From Octopus sinensis (Eukaryota), in the NCBI RefSeq assembly GCF_006345805.1, contig NC_043000.1, positions 81,344,001 through 81,408,000 of the forward strand: 64,000 nt of DNA. Reading direction: 5' to 3'. Positions 51,321-63,530 of this stretch are shown here, piece by piece. The position numbers were made by a program, and so were the translations under genes. A model generated the notes under the pieces. The model saw only the letters and a program-made list of their open reading frames with translations. It searched no databases and was not told the DNA's origin. Each line of letters opens with the position of its first letter. The first letter of the stretch is position 1.

Positions 51321-52268
51321 TAGCTGATTTGTATGAGTTGTCTTGTAATACCATATCAGAATCAGGGATGTTATATGTCAGTAATATTTCTGTGTTGACC
51401 ACCTCCACCACCAGTAATCATCGCTTTATTCCTGTGGATGATGATGATGGTGATGTTGATGATGATAATGATGTTGTTGAAGGTGACGATGATGATGGTA
51501 ATGATGGTGATAATGGTGATGTTGTTGTTAAGTGACCTTTAGATGGCGGGACCAATTGATAATGTGTGAGTATCACATGGATCAAAGCATAGGAATAGAG
51601 AAGAGTAGTGGTGATGGTTAAAAGGTGAAGGATGGATAGAAGGGTGCTGCTTTTAGTAGGAATTGAGTTGAGGAATCCGGTGACAGTGGAGATGTTGGTG
51701 GTGGTGAGCATTGTAATGGTGGTGGATGAGGGGAGTGGTGGTAGTAGTGAGAATAGTTGTGATAGTAATTGTGGGGGAGTGATGTCAGTGACTGCTGTGA
51801 TGATAATGAAGCTGGTGACACACACATTCTATACTTGCACAACCATATACACAAAAGAAATCACACACTCATTCACAAGAACACACACTCACACATACAC
51901 ACAACACATACACACACACAAATACACACACATATATGTATATACACATATATGTATACACATATACATGTGTATGTGCATATATATATATATGTGTGTG
52001 TGTGTGTATACATATATATGTATACATATATATGTATATACATATATATGTATACATATATATTCATATATATGTGTGTGTGCGTGTGTGTGTATATACT
52101 TACTGTTAAAAAAGTCAGGTGTGCATGCATACTGTTATTTAATAAATGAAAAAATGTCTTGTAAATATCAACAACAACAGATAAAAAATGTATACCTCCT
52201 GTCTGGTTGTTCCCTCACTATTCATATACGGTTTTTATATGGCATTTATTTACAATGTGTTTTTCATT

Positions 52269-52308
<40 letters not shown>

Positions 52309-52314
52309 TACACA

Positions 52315-52360
<46 letters not shown>

Positions 52361-52407
52361 GTGTGTGTGTATATATATATATACACACACACACATACGC
52401 ATATTCA

Positions 52408-53650
52408 TATCACAGGTTAAATCCCAAGTTTTTTTGTATTTGAAACTTTAATTAATAGTTCAAACAGATTACATACAAAAAGTGTTCATTGATCAATATA
52501 TATCCTACCATATTCTACTGTTTGTTGCTATCTTTATGCCAGAAGCTCAATTATATGTTTATACAATTTGGCTAGTTTAAAAGCAAAAAACTCTCTGTGG
52601 TTATTTTCTCCCTCTGCCACATTGTTGAACCTCCGTCCAAGCAGGAAATAAACCATGGCTCATAAATGGTGGTAATTTGATGGTGCAAGATCTGGACTGT
52701 GGGCAGGGAGTGGCAACACTTCCAGCCTCTCAAGTTCTCGTTTGTGCCTGGTCACAATGGCAGTGTTGGCTGGGGTATTGTCATGCTGTAGAAGTACATG
52801 TCTTCGATTGTCCAATGCCAGGTAGTTGGGTTCCAAAGTATCGTATACTCACTGCAGTTGTTGAGCATAAAAGATAGTGTTCTCATGACCATCTGAGACA
52901 TTCAAAAAGCAACACCTCGTTGAAATTCCACCAACCACACAACATAAACTTCTGTTCAAACTGCCCTTATTTGACAACAGATTTTAAAGCCGGGCCATAA
53001 TGAAGCTACTGATTTTCTTATTAGAATTATGAAAGAAGATCAATTTTTCATCCTCAGTTGTAATTCAATGCCAAAAACAGGCATCTCAAGGATTTGCCAG
53101 CAGTTGTTTGCAAATGTTAAAACATGGTTGTGCTTCATCATTAGTCTGTTCCTGAGGAGCTTCTTGACAGTGTCTGTTCACAAGGCCAAGCTTATGGAGG
53201 TGTTGATTGGTGGTGCTTTGTGTTCTGCCAGCAATGTATAAGTGCTTGTGCTTGGCTGGTGAGCCACTTCAAGCAAAGCCACACTTCTGCAACAGGTCTC
53301 CCTATCCTTGGTTTGTCTTCAAGGCTGGTGTCACTTTCCTTGAAACATTTGAATCAGTTTTGTGTCACATGTTCATTCCTGGGCCTTCCACATCTTTAAT
53401 TTCTTTTGTTGCTGCCCTTACCCAGGTAGTGTAAAATTACCCTTAATGCAATTTTTTCCACTATTCATTATCAAACCTGTAAAATAAAGAATAGACAATT
53501 AATGATTCTATGTTATATATGAAAATAAAGAATAAACAATTCAGCAACAATTGGACAAGTTCTTTCAAATTAAAGATATAAAATGGAGATACTAATTGCC
53601 AAAAATCACCGGTGAAAATTCAAAAAAGCTTGTAACTCACACCAGTATAT
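52408..53650 (-). mobile_element. Decayed mariner element
   Basis: LQHDNTPANTA (cf. HDNAPAH) at ~52750-52790 and PAHSPDLAPS (cf. YSPDLAPSD) at ~52679-52710. Diverged TIR-like ends; ~1.25 kb length. Confidence 0.75.
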
Positions 53651-53706
53651 ATGTATATAGACACATACATGCATTTATGTATAAATGTGTGTGTATATAT
53701 ATAACA

Positions 53707-54195
53707 ATAAATGTAAACAAACCAATATTTGCCTTAGAAGCACTGAAATGTGTATTGTGAGATACAAATAAAATAATGATTTATTTCCAAACACTGATAG
53801 GACAGGATAAAATAGCCATACAAAGCAGAAATATATTTCAGCAACCAGCCATGAGACTCAAACTCACATCCTTATGATTACCAGTCAAGTGCTTTACCAC
53901 TTAAGCTAAACTGCCCACTGACAAATTAATCTGCAATTTTAGAACTTATAAAGCTTCTGAGCAGAGTGCTGTATGGCTGCAATTTTATTACGATAAATGT
54001 AAACAAACTAATGTTTGCCTTAGAAGCACTGAAATGTGTATTGTGAAATACAAATACGATAATAATTTATTTCCAAATACACAAACGCTGATAGAACAGC
54101 AGAGACAGGATAAAACATCCGTACAAAGCAGAAAAATATGTCACCAACCAGCCATGTAACTCGAACTTACATCCCTTTGATTACCAGTTAAGTCC
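53707..54195. repeat. 286-bp tandem repeat (~1.7 units) containing a tRNA-like sequence
   Basis: 'ataaatgtaaacaaac..gccttagaagcactgaaatgtgtattgtga' starts at 53707 and 53993. Confidence 0.9.
53843..53916 (-). pseudogene. tRNA-derived sequence (Thr-like)
   Basis: gggcagttTAGCTTAAGTGGTAAAGCacttga-ctGGTaa-tcataaggatgtGAGTTTGAGTCtcat. D arm, anticodon arm and T arm are recognisable; acceptor stem is poor. Confidence 0.6.
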
Positions 54196-54229
54196 AAATA
54201 CTACTTTCTTTCTACTAGGGTGGTAGACT

Positions 54230-54490
54230 AAATTTGTCCCCTCATTTGATATCCCCATCTGTCCCTTGGATGCCTTTCGAGGGCATCTTAAAAAGTACAG
54301 GTTTTCTGGAGATCTTGGAGAAGATAGTGCTTCCATATATCAAGAGTCATTCAGGTCAGTCACAGCCTCTTCACCATGACTACAGTTTGCTTTTATACCA
54401 CAGGAATAATCAAGGAATTCACCAAAAGCAAGAAAATCCTAGTGCTGTAGTAGACAACACAATTCCAAGATGTATATCCAAGATGTAGGT
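54230..54490 (+). mobile_element. Possible old Tc1-like transposase fragment
   Basis: FEGILKSTGFLEILEKIVLPYIKSH..LHHD resembles the segment preceding QDNDPKH. Confidence 0.4.
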
Positions 54491-56099
54491 CAACAAATGT
54501 ACAAGTAGTTCTTGTTTTTCTGACTTCCAATTTAAGAATTTACATCTTTACAAGAATTATTTTTGTAGCAAAAATAAAAAATGTATTTTTCATAATTTTT
54601 AAAAGTGTATGTGTGTTTGTGTACATGCATGTGGGCATACACGCATGTGTGTGTGTGTGTTGATGAATACATTTGACAGCTGAGTCTGAGGCCAAATTTT
54701 GTTGGCAAGAGTTAGTAACACCCTAGCCTCCCATTTTAAAGTTCTGAATTAACAAGCAATAATTAAGAATAAATTAACTTACAAAGTCAAGAATTACCTG
54801 CATTTAATTAAGGATATCCAGGAAATTGAAAGAGTTGTGTGGTTTATTGCCAAAAATGAGAAGAAATTCAAGATAGCATAATCATTGAACTTATAAATTG
54901 TTCTTTTGTAAATGCAATTCCAACTATATTCTTTTTTATCTTAAATGCAAACATTCCATTTTATTGTAAAAAAACAAATAATAATGTTTCAAATCTTTAG
55001 TTAAAGATGATTATTTTGTGGTATTGTTGATACTGCCAACGATTGCATTAAGTTCATTAAAATTTTTTGTGTTTAAGCTTATATCATTTTAAAGAGCAGC
55101 TAATACTGTTTGTGTTCCTATATAGTTAAATTGTGAGTGATTAAGTAAATGGAAATAATGCTTAATCATTTGTATACTGTGATCATTAAACTAAGTATTA
55201 TATGCATGTGTGTATGTATAGTTAGTGTATGTAAGTATGTGTGGGTGTTTTTTCTGTAGAGTTTAGGGTTTTTATGTACGTGTATACATGTCCATGTATA
55301 TAGTTAGTGGGTATATGTGTTTGCACATATAGTTAGTATATGTATGTATATGTAGAATATAAAAAAGTCAGGAGGTATGAGACGAGTATATTTATTTCAC
55401 CAGTTGATATCCATAGGATGATGGTTGTTTCACAGCCAACATCATGCAAAAACAATTTATTTTAGTGTATATTTATTTTACATGTCTGCACAAGTATGTA
55501 TGCTATAAACTGCATAGTACTGTTTTACATTTTACGAATGAATGTAGATATAGAAGGCTAGATCTTCAGATCATCAGAATATGGTTGCATCAAATCTTCA
55601 AATCCATATATAAATCTGTATGTGTCATTGTATATATAGTCGATTACTGTATTGTGATGGGTAGTTCATGATCGTAAGGTTTTGGGTTTGATTCCGAGAC
55701 TGAGCAACATATATTCTTTTAGCAAGGCACTTCCTTTTACTTGCTCCGTCCACTCACTTGAAATGAGTTGCAACTCAGTACAGGTGTAACCCTCTTTCTC
55801 AAAGCCATTACATCTGTAATGCTCCACTGCTTCAAGGCAGGGAGAGCCAAGAAGATGTCTTCATACTAGACTACACTTACTTGGAAGTGATGCATTTGGT
55901 TTTAATTTGGTTTTTACTGCATATCTATGTGCAACTGATTATATCATGGCTATGTGTGTGTCATATTGATATCATAAAAATTTTAGAACCTATAAGAATG
56001 GGGAAATAATTTTTTTTTTTAAATGGTGAATCTTGAAGCAAATAAAGCAAATAATGCAAATATTGGATTAAAAGCCCTTTGAATGGAAAAAGTTGACAG

Positions 56100-56147
<48 letters not shown>

Positions 56148-56148
<1 letters not shown>

Positions 56149-56544
56149 GGTGAAGGCATGGCTACGCAGTATAAAGCTTGCTTCCCAATGATATGGTTCT
56201 CGGTTCTGTCCCACTGTGTGGTACCTGGGGCAAGTGTCTTATACTATAGTCTCAGGCTGACCAAGCCTTGTGAATAGATTTAGAAGATGGAAACTAAAAG
56301 AAGCCCATCATATATGTGTGTGTGTGTCTTTGTGTCTGTGTTTATCCACCACCAATGCTTGACAACCAATGTTTTTGTGTTTACATCCCCATAACTTAGC
56401 AGTTTGGCAAATGAGACCTATGGAATAAGTGCCAGGTTTAATAAAATAAAAATAAATACTGGGGTTGTTTCATTCAGCTAAAGATTCTTCAAGGTGGTGC
56501 CCCAGCATGGCCACACCTAATGACTGAAAAAAGATAAATAAATA

Positions 56545-56545
<1 letters not shown>
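56148..56545 (+). mobile_element. tRNA-derived SINE, family B
   Basis: Collinear with 18951-19345. Inserted within (TA)n. Confidence 0.8.
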
Positions 56546-56618
<73 letters not shown>

Positions 56619-57103
56619 CATATATACACATACATATATATATATATCAGCACACATACACATATCATCTGAGGATGAGGTTGATAACTGATTTAGCGTG
56701 TAATATTTATTGATTATCGAATAGTGATATGATCATAATGAATTCTATGAAATACCAGTTGTTTGTTATCTTGTTATTCTTTTAAACTGTATGTGGTTCT
56801 GCCAGCTTTGTAATAGCCCTAATTCATATTAATACTCCACCAATAGCATCATATTGCTATGGGAATTTCATGTAGATGTTATTCAAATCTCAACCTTCTG
56901 TGGTAATTTGTCATGCATTAGCATATCTAATTCTATGTGTGTGCGTGATTGGTTTCTTTTGGTCTTTGTCTACAAGATCCGCTTATGAGGGTTTGAAAGG
57001 TCCAGAACTATAGTGGAAGACACTTGCCCAATGTGCTATTCAGTGGGACTGAAATAATATAGTTGGAAAGCAAGGAAACTTGCATGCATGTGTGCATACA
57101 TGC

Positions 57104-57418
57104 ATACATACATACATACATCATCATCATCATCATCATCATCATCATTTAGCGTCCGCTTTCCATGCTAGCATGGGTTGGATGGTTCAACTGGGGTCTG
57201 TGAAGCCAGAAGGCTGCATCAGGCCCAGTCTGATCTGGCAGTGTTTCTACGGTTGGCTTTAGGAAGGGCATCCAGCCGTAGAAACACTGCCAGATCAGAC
57301 TGGGCCTGATGCAGCCTTCTGGCTTCACAGACCCCAGTTGAACCATCCAACCCATGCTAGCATGGAAAGCGGATGCTAAATGATGATGATGATGATGATG
57401 ATGTATGTATGTATGTAT
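57104..57418. repeat. Near-perfect ~150-bp-arm palindrome of a family C element
   Basis: 57104-57256 is the reverse complement of 57272-57418. 15-nt loop. Confidence 0.95.
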
Positions 57419-57723
57419 ATACATACATACATACATACATACATACATGCATACATGCATAGACAGACAGATACAGCTAAATATACACATGCATAATATA
57501 AATATATAAGTACACGCACATATATACACATGCATGTATGCTTATATGTGTGTGTGTTTGTGTAGCAGCACACACACATATAGATAGATATATTTATATA
57601 TTTATACACACACACATATGCATACATGCACACATGTACACACACACACACACATGCACACAAACCATAGCCTTCATTAGCAAGTAAGTATGGTTTGGCA
57701 ATATATACCATGCTTTTACTAAT

Positions 57724-57880
57724 TGTTTATTTTCCAAAGCAGCAGGATGATATTTGCGAAAATATTGGCTGCTATTTCTAGCATAATAAATAACCCTGCA
57801 GAGTTTCATTGGTTGGCATTTATGTAATGCAGCATGTATGCATGTAAGTATGTACCTTAATATGTGTGTGTGTGTGTTCG

Positions 57881-57924
<44 letters not shown>

Positions 57925-58119
57925 TAGAGAGAGAGGTATGTTGATGCAAACAGGAGAAATAGAACTCAAAATATGAGTATATGTATATTTTTATCAATAT
58001 TTAGCAAAAGAAATAGAGTGACTCAAAGTCAGAGAGTTTCATGCATTGCCACTTCCCAAACTTTGATAAGTGCTAACGCACAAGTCACTCCATTATTTCT
58101 GTGAAATATTAATAAATAA

Positions 58120-58154
<35 letters not shown>

Positions 58155-58856
58155 TTTCTCCCTGTATATATAACTCATAGATGAGTGTGAATGTATATAT
58201 CTGGAAATGTGATGAGTGTATGGAGAAAGCAGCAGTTTGTATATGTCTAAATGTAGTAAGTTTGTGTATATGTGTGTATGTGACTGTCTCTTTCTCTAAA
58301 TATAGTTAGTGCGATTGCATTTGTGCATATGTATGTGTCTGCCTAAATTTGATGTGTGCATCTGTTTATATATATATATATATATATATATGAATATACA
58401 TACATATATATGAATATACATACATATATATATATATATATATTTATATATAAATTATTTGTTGGGCTCATTAGAATCAAGATATTTAAGATACCAAGCA
58501 AGGATCGAGATCTGCAAATCTGTGTTTATACCATATACAAATACATCTGAGTTTGAAATAATTTAATTTAATTGAAATCATTTAATGTGACACTGCCCAT
58601 TGATCGTTTTGTGACACATAAGCCTATGAAATCTGGCTAAACTTCACTCTCTTCACTGATGCTAAAATGAGAGGGTCAGTCCTCTTTGCACGTCTTGGTA
58701 TTTTTTCTCCAGACCAGATTTTGAACTTTTAATTCATCTGAAGAAAACAGTTTTTTTTTTCATGATGAAACCAAACTATTCATTAATAAAAAATGCATGT
58801 GATTCAGCTGTAGTGAACCTTTAACCCATTTGTGTTTCATGTGTGTTAGTGTGTGC

Positions 58857-58914
<58 letters not shown>

Positions 58915-59246
58915 TGTGTGTGTGTGATATAAGCTTAAAGCTTGTTAACACTCACCATGTCATGAATAAAGAAAAGAGTCTAATATTGGGACAAGGAAAA
59001 AGCAGAGTTTTCTGTATGCATGGGATTTGAATCCAAGGAGGTGTGGATTCAAGTCCCATGCATACGGAAATCCCTACTTTTTCTGTCATGAGCTTATATG
59101 CCCAAATATTTGACTATTTCTTTAGTCAATATACAGTGATCACTTATAAGCTTTAAGCTTATAAAATATTGTTATTATAATTATTTACAGAATCGTAAAA
59201 ATTGACACTGCTTACTAAAAAACCTTTGCACATACCTCTCTCTCTC

Positions 59247-59298
<52 letters not shown>

Positions 59299-59465
59299 CG
59301 AACACACACACACACACACACACATATATTAAGGTACATACATACATGCATACATGCTGCATTACATAAATGCCAACCAATGAAACTCTGCAGGGTTATT
59401 TATTATGCTAGAAATAGCAGCCAATATTTTCTCAAATATCATCCTGCTGCTTTGGAAAATAAACA
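57724..59465. repeat. Inverted duplication, ~230-bp arms (57724-57950 and 59225-59465)
   Basis: tgtttattttccaaagcagcaggatgatattt..gtaccttaata is mirrored by tattaaggtac..aaatatcatcctgctgctttggaaaataaaca, microsatellites included. Confidence 0.92.
58928..59163. mobile_element. Palindromic hairpin element (MITE-like)
   Basis: Ends tataagcttaaagctt / aagctttaagcttata. Central 25-bp stem tctgtatgcatgggatttgaatcca / tggattcaagtcccatgcatacgga. Confidence 0.75.
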
Positions 59466-59530
59466 TATAAAGGTGTAACGTTTGTAAGAGTCTGGATTGA
59501 ATTGATATATCGGTTCCATTCTAGCAAAAA

Positions 59531-59568
59531 CTGTCTGATGAACGGCAACAAGAAACTCAGAGTAACAG
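59531..59568 (+). ncRNA. Minimal type I hammerhead ribozyme motif
   Basis: ctgt-CTGATGA-acggcaacaa-GAA-ACTC-a-GAGT-A-acag. Core intact, stem II essentially absent. AATAAA and (TA)n follow ~30 nt downstream. Confidence 0.65.
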
Positions 59569-59608
59569 ATGTTGTTGAATTTCCTGCTTCTTTAAATAAA
59601 GTATATAT

Positions 59609-59682
<74 letters not shown>

Positions 59683-59754
59683 TATATTTATATATCTATA
59701 TATATATATATATTATATATTTATATATCTATATATATATTATATATATATATA

Positions 59755-59798
<44 letters not shown>

Positions 59799-59912
59799 TG
59801 GGGGAGTGTATGTGAGTATGTATGTATAAATATATGTGTAAGTATATATATGACTATATGGAAAAATGTGGATTTATGTTTGAATCCTTGCTTAGAAAGT
59901 TTATAGCTGTTC

Positions 59913-59962
<50 letters not shown>

Positions 59963-60625
59963 ATATATATATACATATATAATAATGATATTAATAATAA
60001 TAACAACAACAACATTAGGATGGAAATTCATTGTCTTTATTTCTGCATCATTACGTACGTTTCTGCACCACACACCATCATTAGGTTGCAATTTTTCATA
60101 TCCATATAATATTACCTAAGATTACTCTCAATAATTATCTATTTGAATACTTTCTTAGCTGCATTTCTCGTGTGCACGCCTCCTTGGGCAGTGCTTTACT
60201 AAATATTTTTAGCTTGATTTACTGACCTTAAGGACACTATTTTGCATCAATCAAATAATTTCATTCCAAAATAAAGCATATGAATTTATTATTGTTATTA
60301 ATAAGCTAAAAGGAGTTATTGTGAAAGAAACTGAGTGTGAAAGTAACTTATGTCGAAACTCATCAGATGGATTCCACCTGTTATCAAAATAGTTAACCTT
60401 GTCACACATGTCATTGCACTGTCTAACAATTACATGAAAACCACGAGTGTCTGTGGAGTACTCAGCCACTTACACAGTAATTTAACGATTATGTAACTCA
60501 TTTGATCAAGCAGCTGGAATATTCATCACCATCATAACCAACTGCATATATATATATATCGTTTGTAGGAAATATAAATATAGAGAAGTACACTCTAAGA
60601 TGTAGAGCAGTATATATATTTTACT

Positions 60626-60680
60626 GGGGAAAGACGGTTATGCATAAAGGGTTTAACTATATAGCATATCGTCAGACCCC
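60626..60680 (-). ncRNA. Decayed hammerhead-like motif
   Basis: Minus strand: ggggt-CTGACGA-tatgc..gcata-(GAA missing)-ACCGTC-tttcccc. Confidence 0.35.
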
Positions 60681-60716
60681 AAAACCTGTTGGCCTAAGAC
60701 CTCTTCAAAATATGTG

Positions 60717-60750
<34 letters not shown>

Positions 60751-62755
60751 CGTACACATATTTTTACATGTATGTCGCCTAATGGTCAAGATGTTGGACG
60801 CATGACTATGAAGACATGAGTTAAATTTCTCAATCAGGTAGCATGCATTATCCTCGAGGGAGGTATTTAATTTTTTTCTCATTGTTCTCATCTACTCAGC
60901 CAAAAGTGAATTCATGCCAACAGCTGATGTGTCTTTCTGTTCAGCTATTCTTAGTATTCTACCAAGTCGACGGTGACAGGAGAGAAAGTCTCCAAGTCAG
61001 CTCACTTTAACATTTAGGAAAAAATTTACGGTGAATGCTACCAAATCATTTTCACTTGTGAGTGATGGGTATGTATACAGATACGTATATTCATATAGAA
61101 GGCATGGTTTGGACTATGTGTGTGTGCATGTACGTATATATCTATGTATGTATGTATGTATGTATGTATGTATGTATGTATGTATGTATGTATGTTGTAT
61201 GTATGTATGTATGTATGTATGTATATGAATGTATGTCAGGAGTGTATATTCTAGGTGTGCTAGGTATGTGCTGCACATCCATCACAAATGGCAAATTCAT
61301 TAATTTAATCACAAATCTTCATGAAAAACTTTTGTTATACCCCTGCTTGAAAGTTGGTGGCATTGGGTGTGGTAGAACACCACAACAGCCATCTGTCACT
61401 GATATATGTATGAATAGATATGAATGTATGTATATTTATATGTGCATGTATGTATGTCTATTTATGTATGTATGTATGTAGTATGTATGTATGTATGTAT
61501 GTATGTATATCTATACATGTATGCAACTGTGTCTGTATATATTACCTATCTATCTATCTATTTATTTATCTATCTATCTGTCTATCTATCTATATCTATT
61601 TCTATATATATATATATATATATAGTCCAATGCATGCCAGCATAGAACATGGACATTAAATGATTATGTATGTGTGTATGTGTGTGTGTGTGTGCATGTA
61701 TCCATCCTTGTGTCTGTATGTGCACCTGTATAAATTCCAAACTAAAACATGAATGGGATGCAATCTCTGGTCCATCTAGGAGGATAGTCACTGAATAAGA
61801 ACAGACTAGGACTGTGATGATCTGCCCAACTCATCCCAGCATAAAACACACACACACACATATATATAACTATAATGTTTCTATAACCAAGCATACATTT
61901 AATGCATGTTTGTGTGTGTATGAATTTGCATGTTTGTATGTATATGCATGCATGTTTGTATATATACTCATATCTACTTGCTTGCATCTGTTTGCATTTG
62001 CATATGAGAGAGAGAGAGAGAGAGAGTGAGAGAGAGACTTTGGGTTTGCATATCTATGTGTATGGGTAAGCACTTGTATATGCAAACCTGTATGTATGAG
62101 TGTATGTGTATGTTTGTATGTGCATATGTGTGTGTGTGATTGTGTATTCTAGCAACAGAAGGAGAGAAGAACATGAAGAAAATATGAATAAAAGGCAGAA
62201 GTAGGAGTGAAGAAGAAAGCAGAGAAGAAAGGGAATGAGGTAGGAAGGGTGGGGGAAGAGGTAGAATTTAAAGTCATAAAGATTTAGAGAGAGAGGAGAG
62301 AAGGTGAGAAGAGTTCTGCAGCAGGAAGATCGGTGAGGTGGTTGGTTGTGGGAGGGTCGAGATGGGGGTGGAGATATTCTAAGGCAAAGTGTTGGCGGTG
62401 CACCCCACCCACCACCTGCCGTTATGGCAGGAAAATCTTTTATATGTTATGGTTAATCTGTGTGGCCTTTACAATACTGGTGGAGGGGGGAGGAGAAGGA
62501 GGAGGTGGTAGTGATGTTGGTGTTGTTGTTGTTGGTGGTGGTGAGGACAGTAGAGTTGATGTGGTGGGTGGGAGGGAGGGAGTGGAAAGGATGATAATTG
62601 AAGCACAGGGGGATGGTGGTACCCCTGCAGGGACAACAGCTGCTTACACTGCTGATGCCGTTGCTGCAGCTACTGCTTCTGTTGCTGCGGCTGCTGCATT
62701 TAGCCGGAGCTGCTTCTGTCACTGGTGTTCACCTGTATGTTTACTAATGTGTCAT

Positions 62756-62790
<35 letters not shown>

Positions 62791-63359
62791 CAGACAGACA
62801 GATACAGAGACAGACTATGACACCTAGAGAGAGAAGGGAGGAGGGAAAGTGAGAGAGACGGTGAGAGAGAGAGAAGCAATGATATAAGATGACAGAAGAG
62901 AGAGAGAGAGTGAGAGAGTATTAGGGAGAGGGAGAGAAAAAGAGAGTGAGAGAAAGGGAGAGTGAGAGAGTGTGTATGTTTGTGTGTATGTAACAGAGTG
63001 ACAGGCTCACCATATGTAAGGATGTCTATATTGGTACACAGTTTCTACATGCTTTCTCCAGGAATCTCTATCAATCATGGTAGGAAAAACCATTCTACAT
63101 ACTATCAGCATACATTTTCGGCTTACACTTCCACTTAGCTATATACACACCACCTAACCAAATAACACTCACTTATATACATACCTACATACATGCATGC
63201 ATACATATATACATACATATACATACACACATATATACATGCATGCATACATACATACATACATACATACAACTATATATTGGTTTGTGTTTAATTATCT
63301 ATCTGCACCTATATATAAGTAAACATATATCTATATACATCTGTCTATCTGTCTATCTG

Positions 63360-63436
<77 letters not shown>

Positions 63437-63476
63437 TATATGTGTGTGTATATATATATGCATATATATATATATA

Positions 63477-63530
<54 letters not shown>

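Noticed and set aside
51012-51411. Poly-Gly/Ala/Arg/His ORFs
   Set aside because: Translations of a triplet microsatellite with no flanking coding context.
51632-52451. 262-aa ORF and other YIYI/HTHT ORFs (also at 28.5-29 kb, 47 kb and 61-63.6 kb)
   Set aside because: Dinucleotide and trinucleotide repeats lacking stop codons.
62333-62827. 164-aa plus-strand ORF as a host protein
   Set aside because: Low-complexity sequence running into (GA)n, with no domain or splice support.
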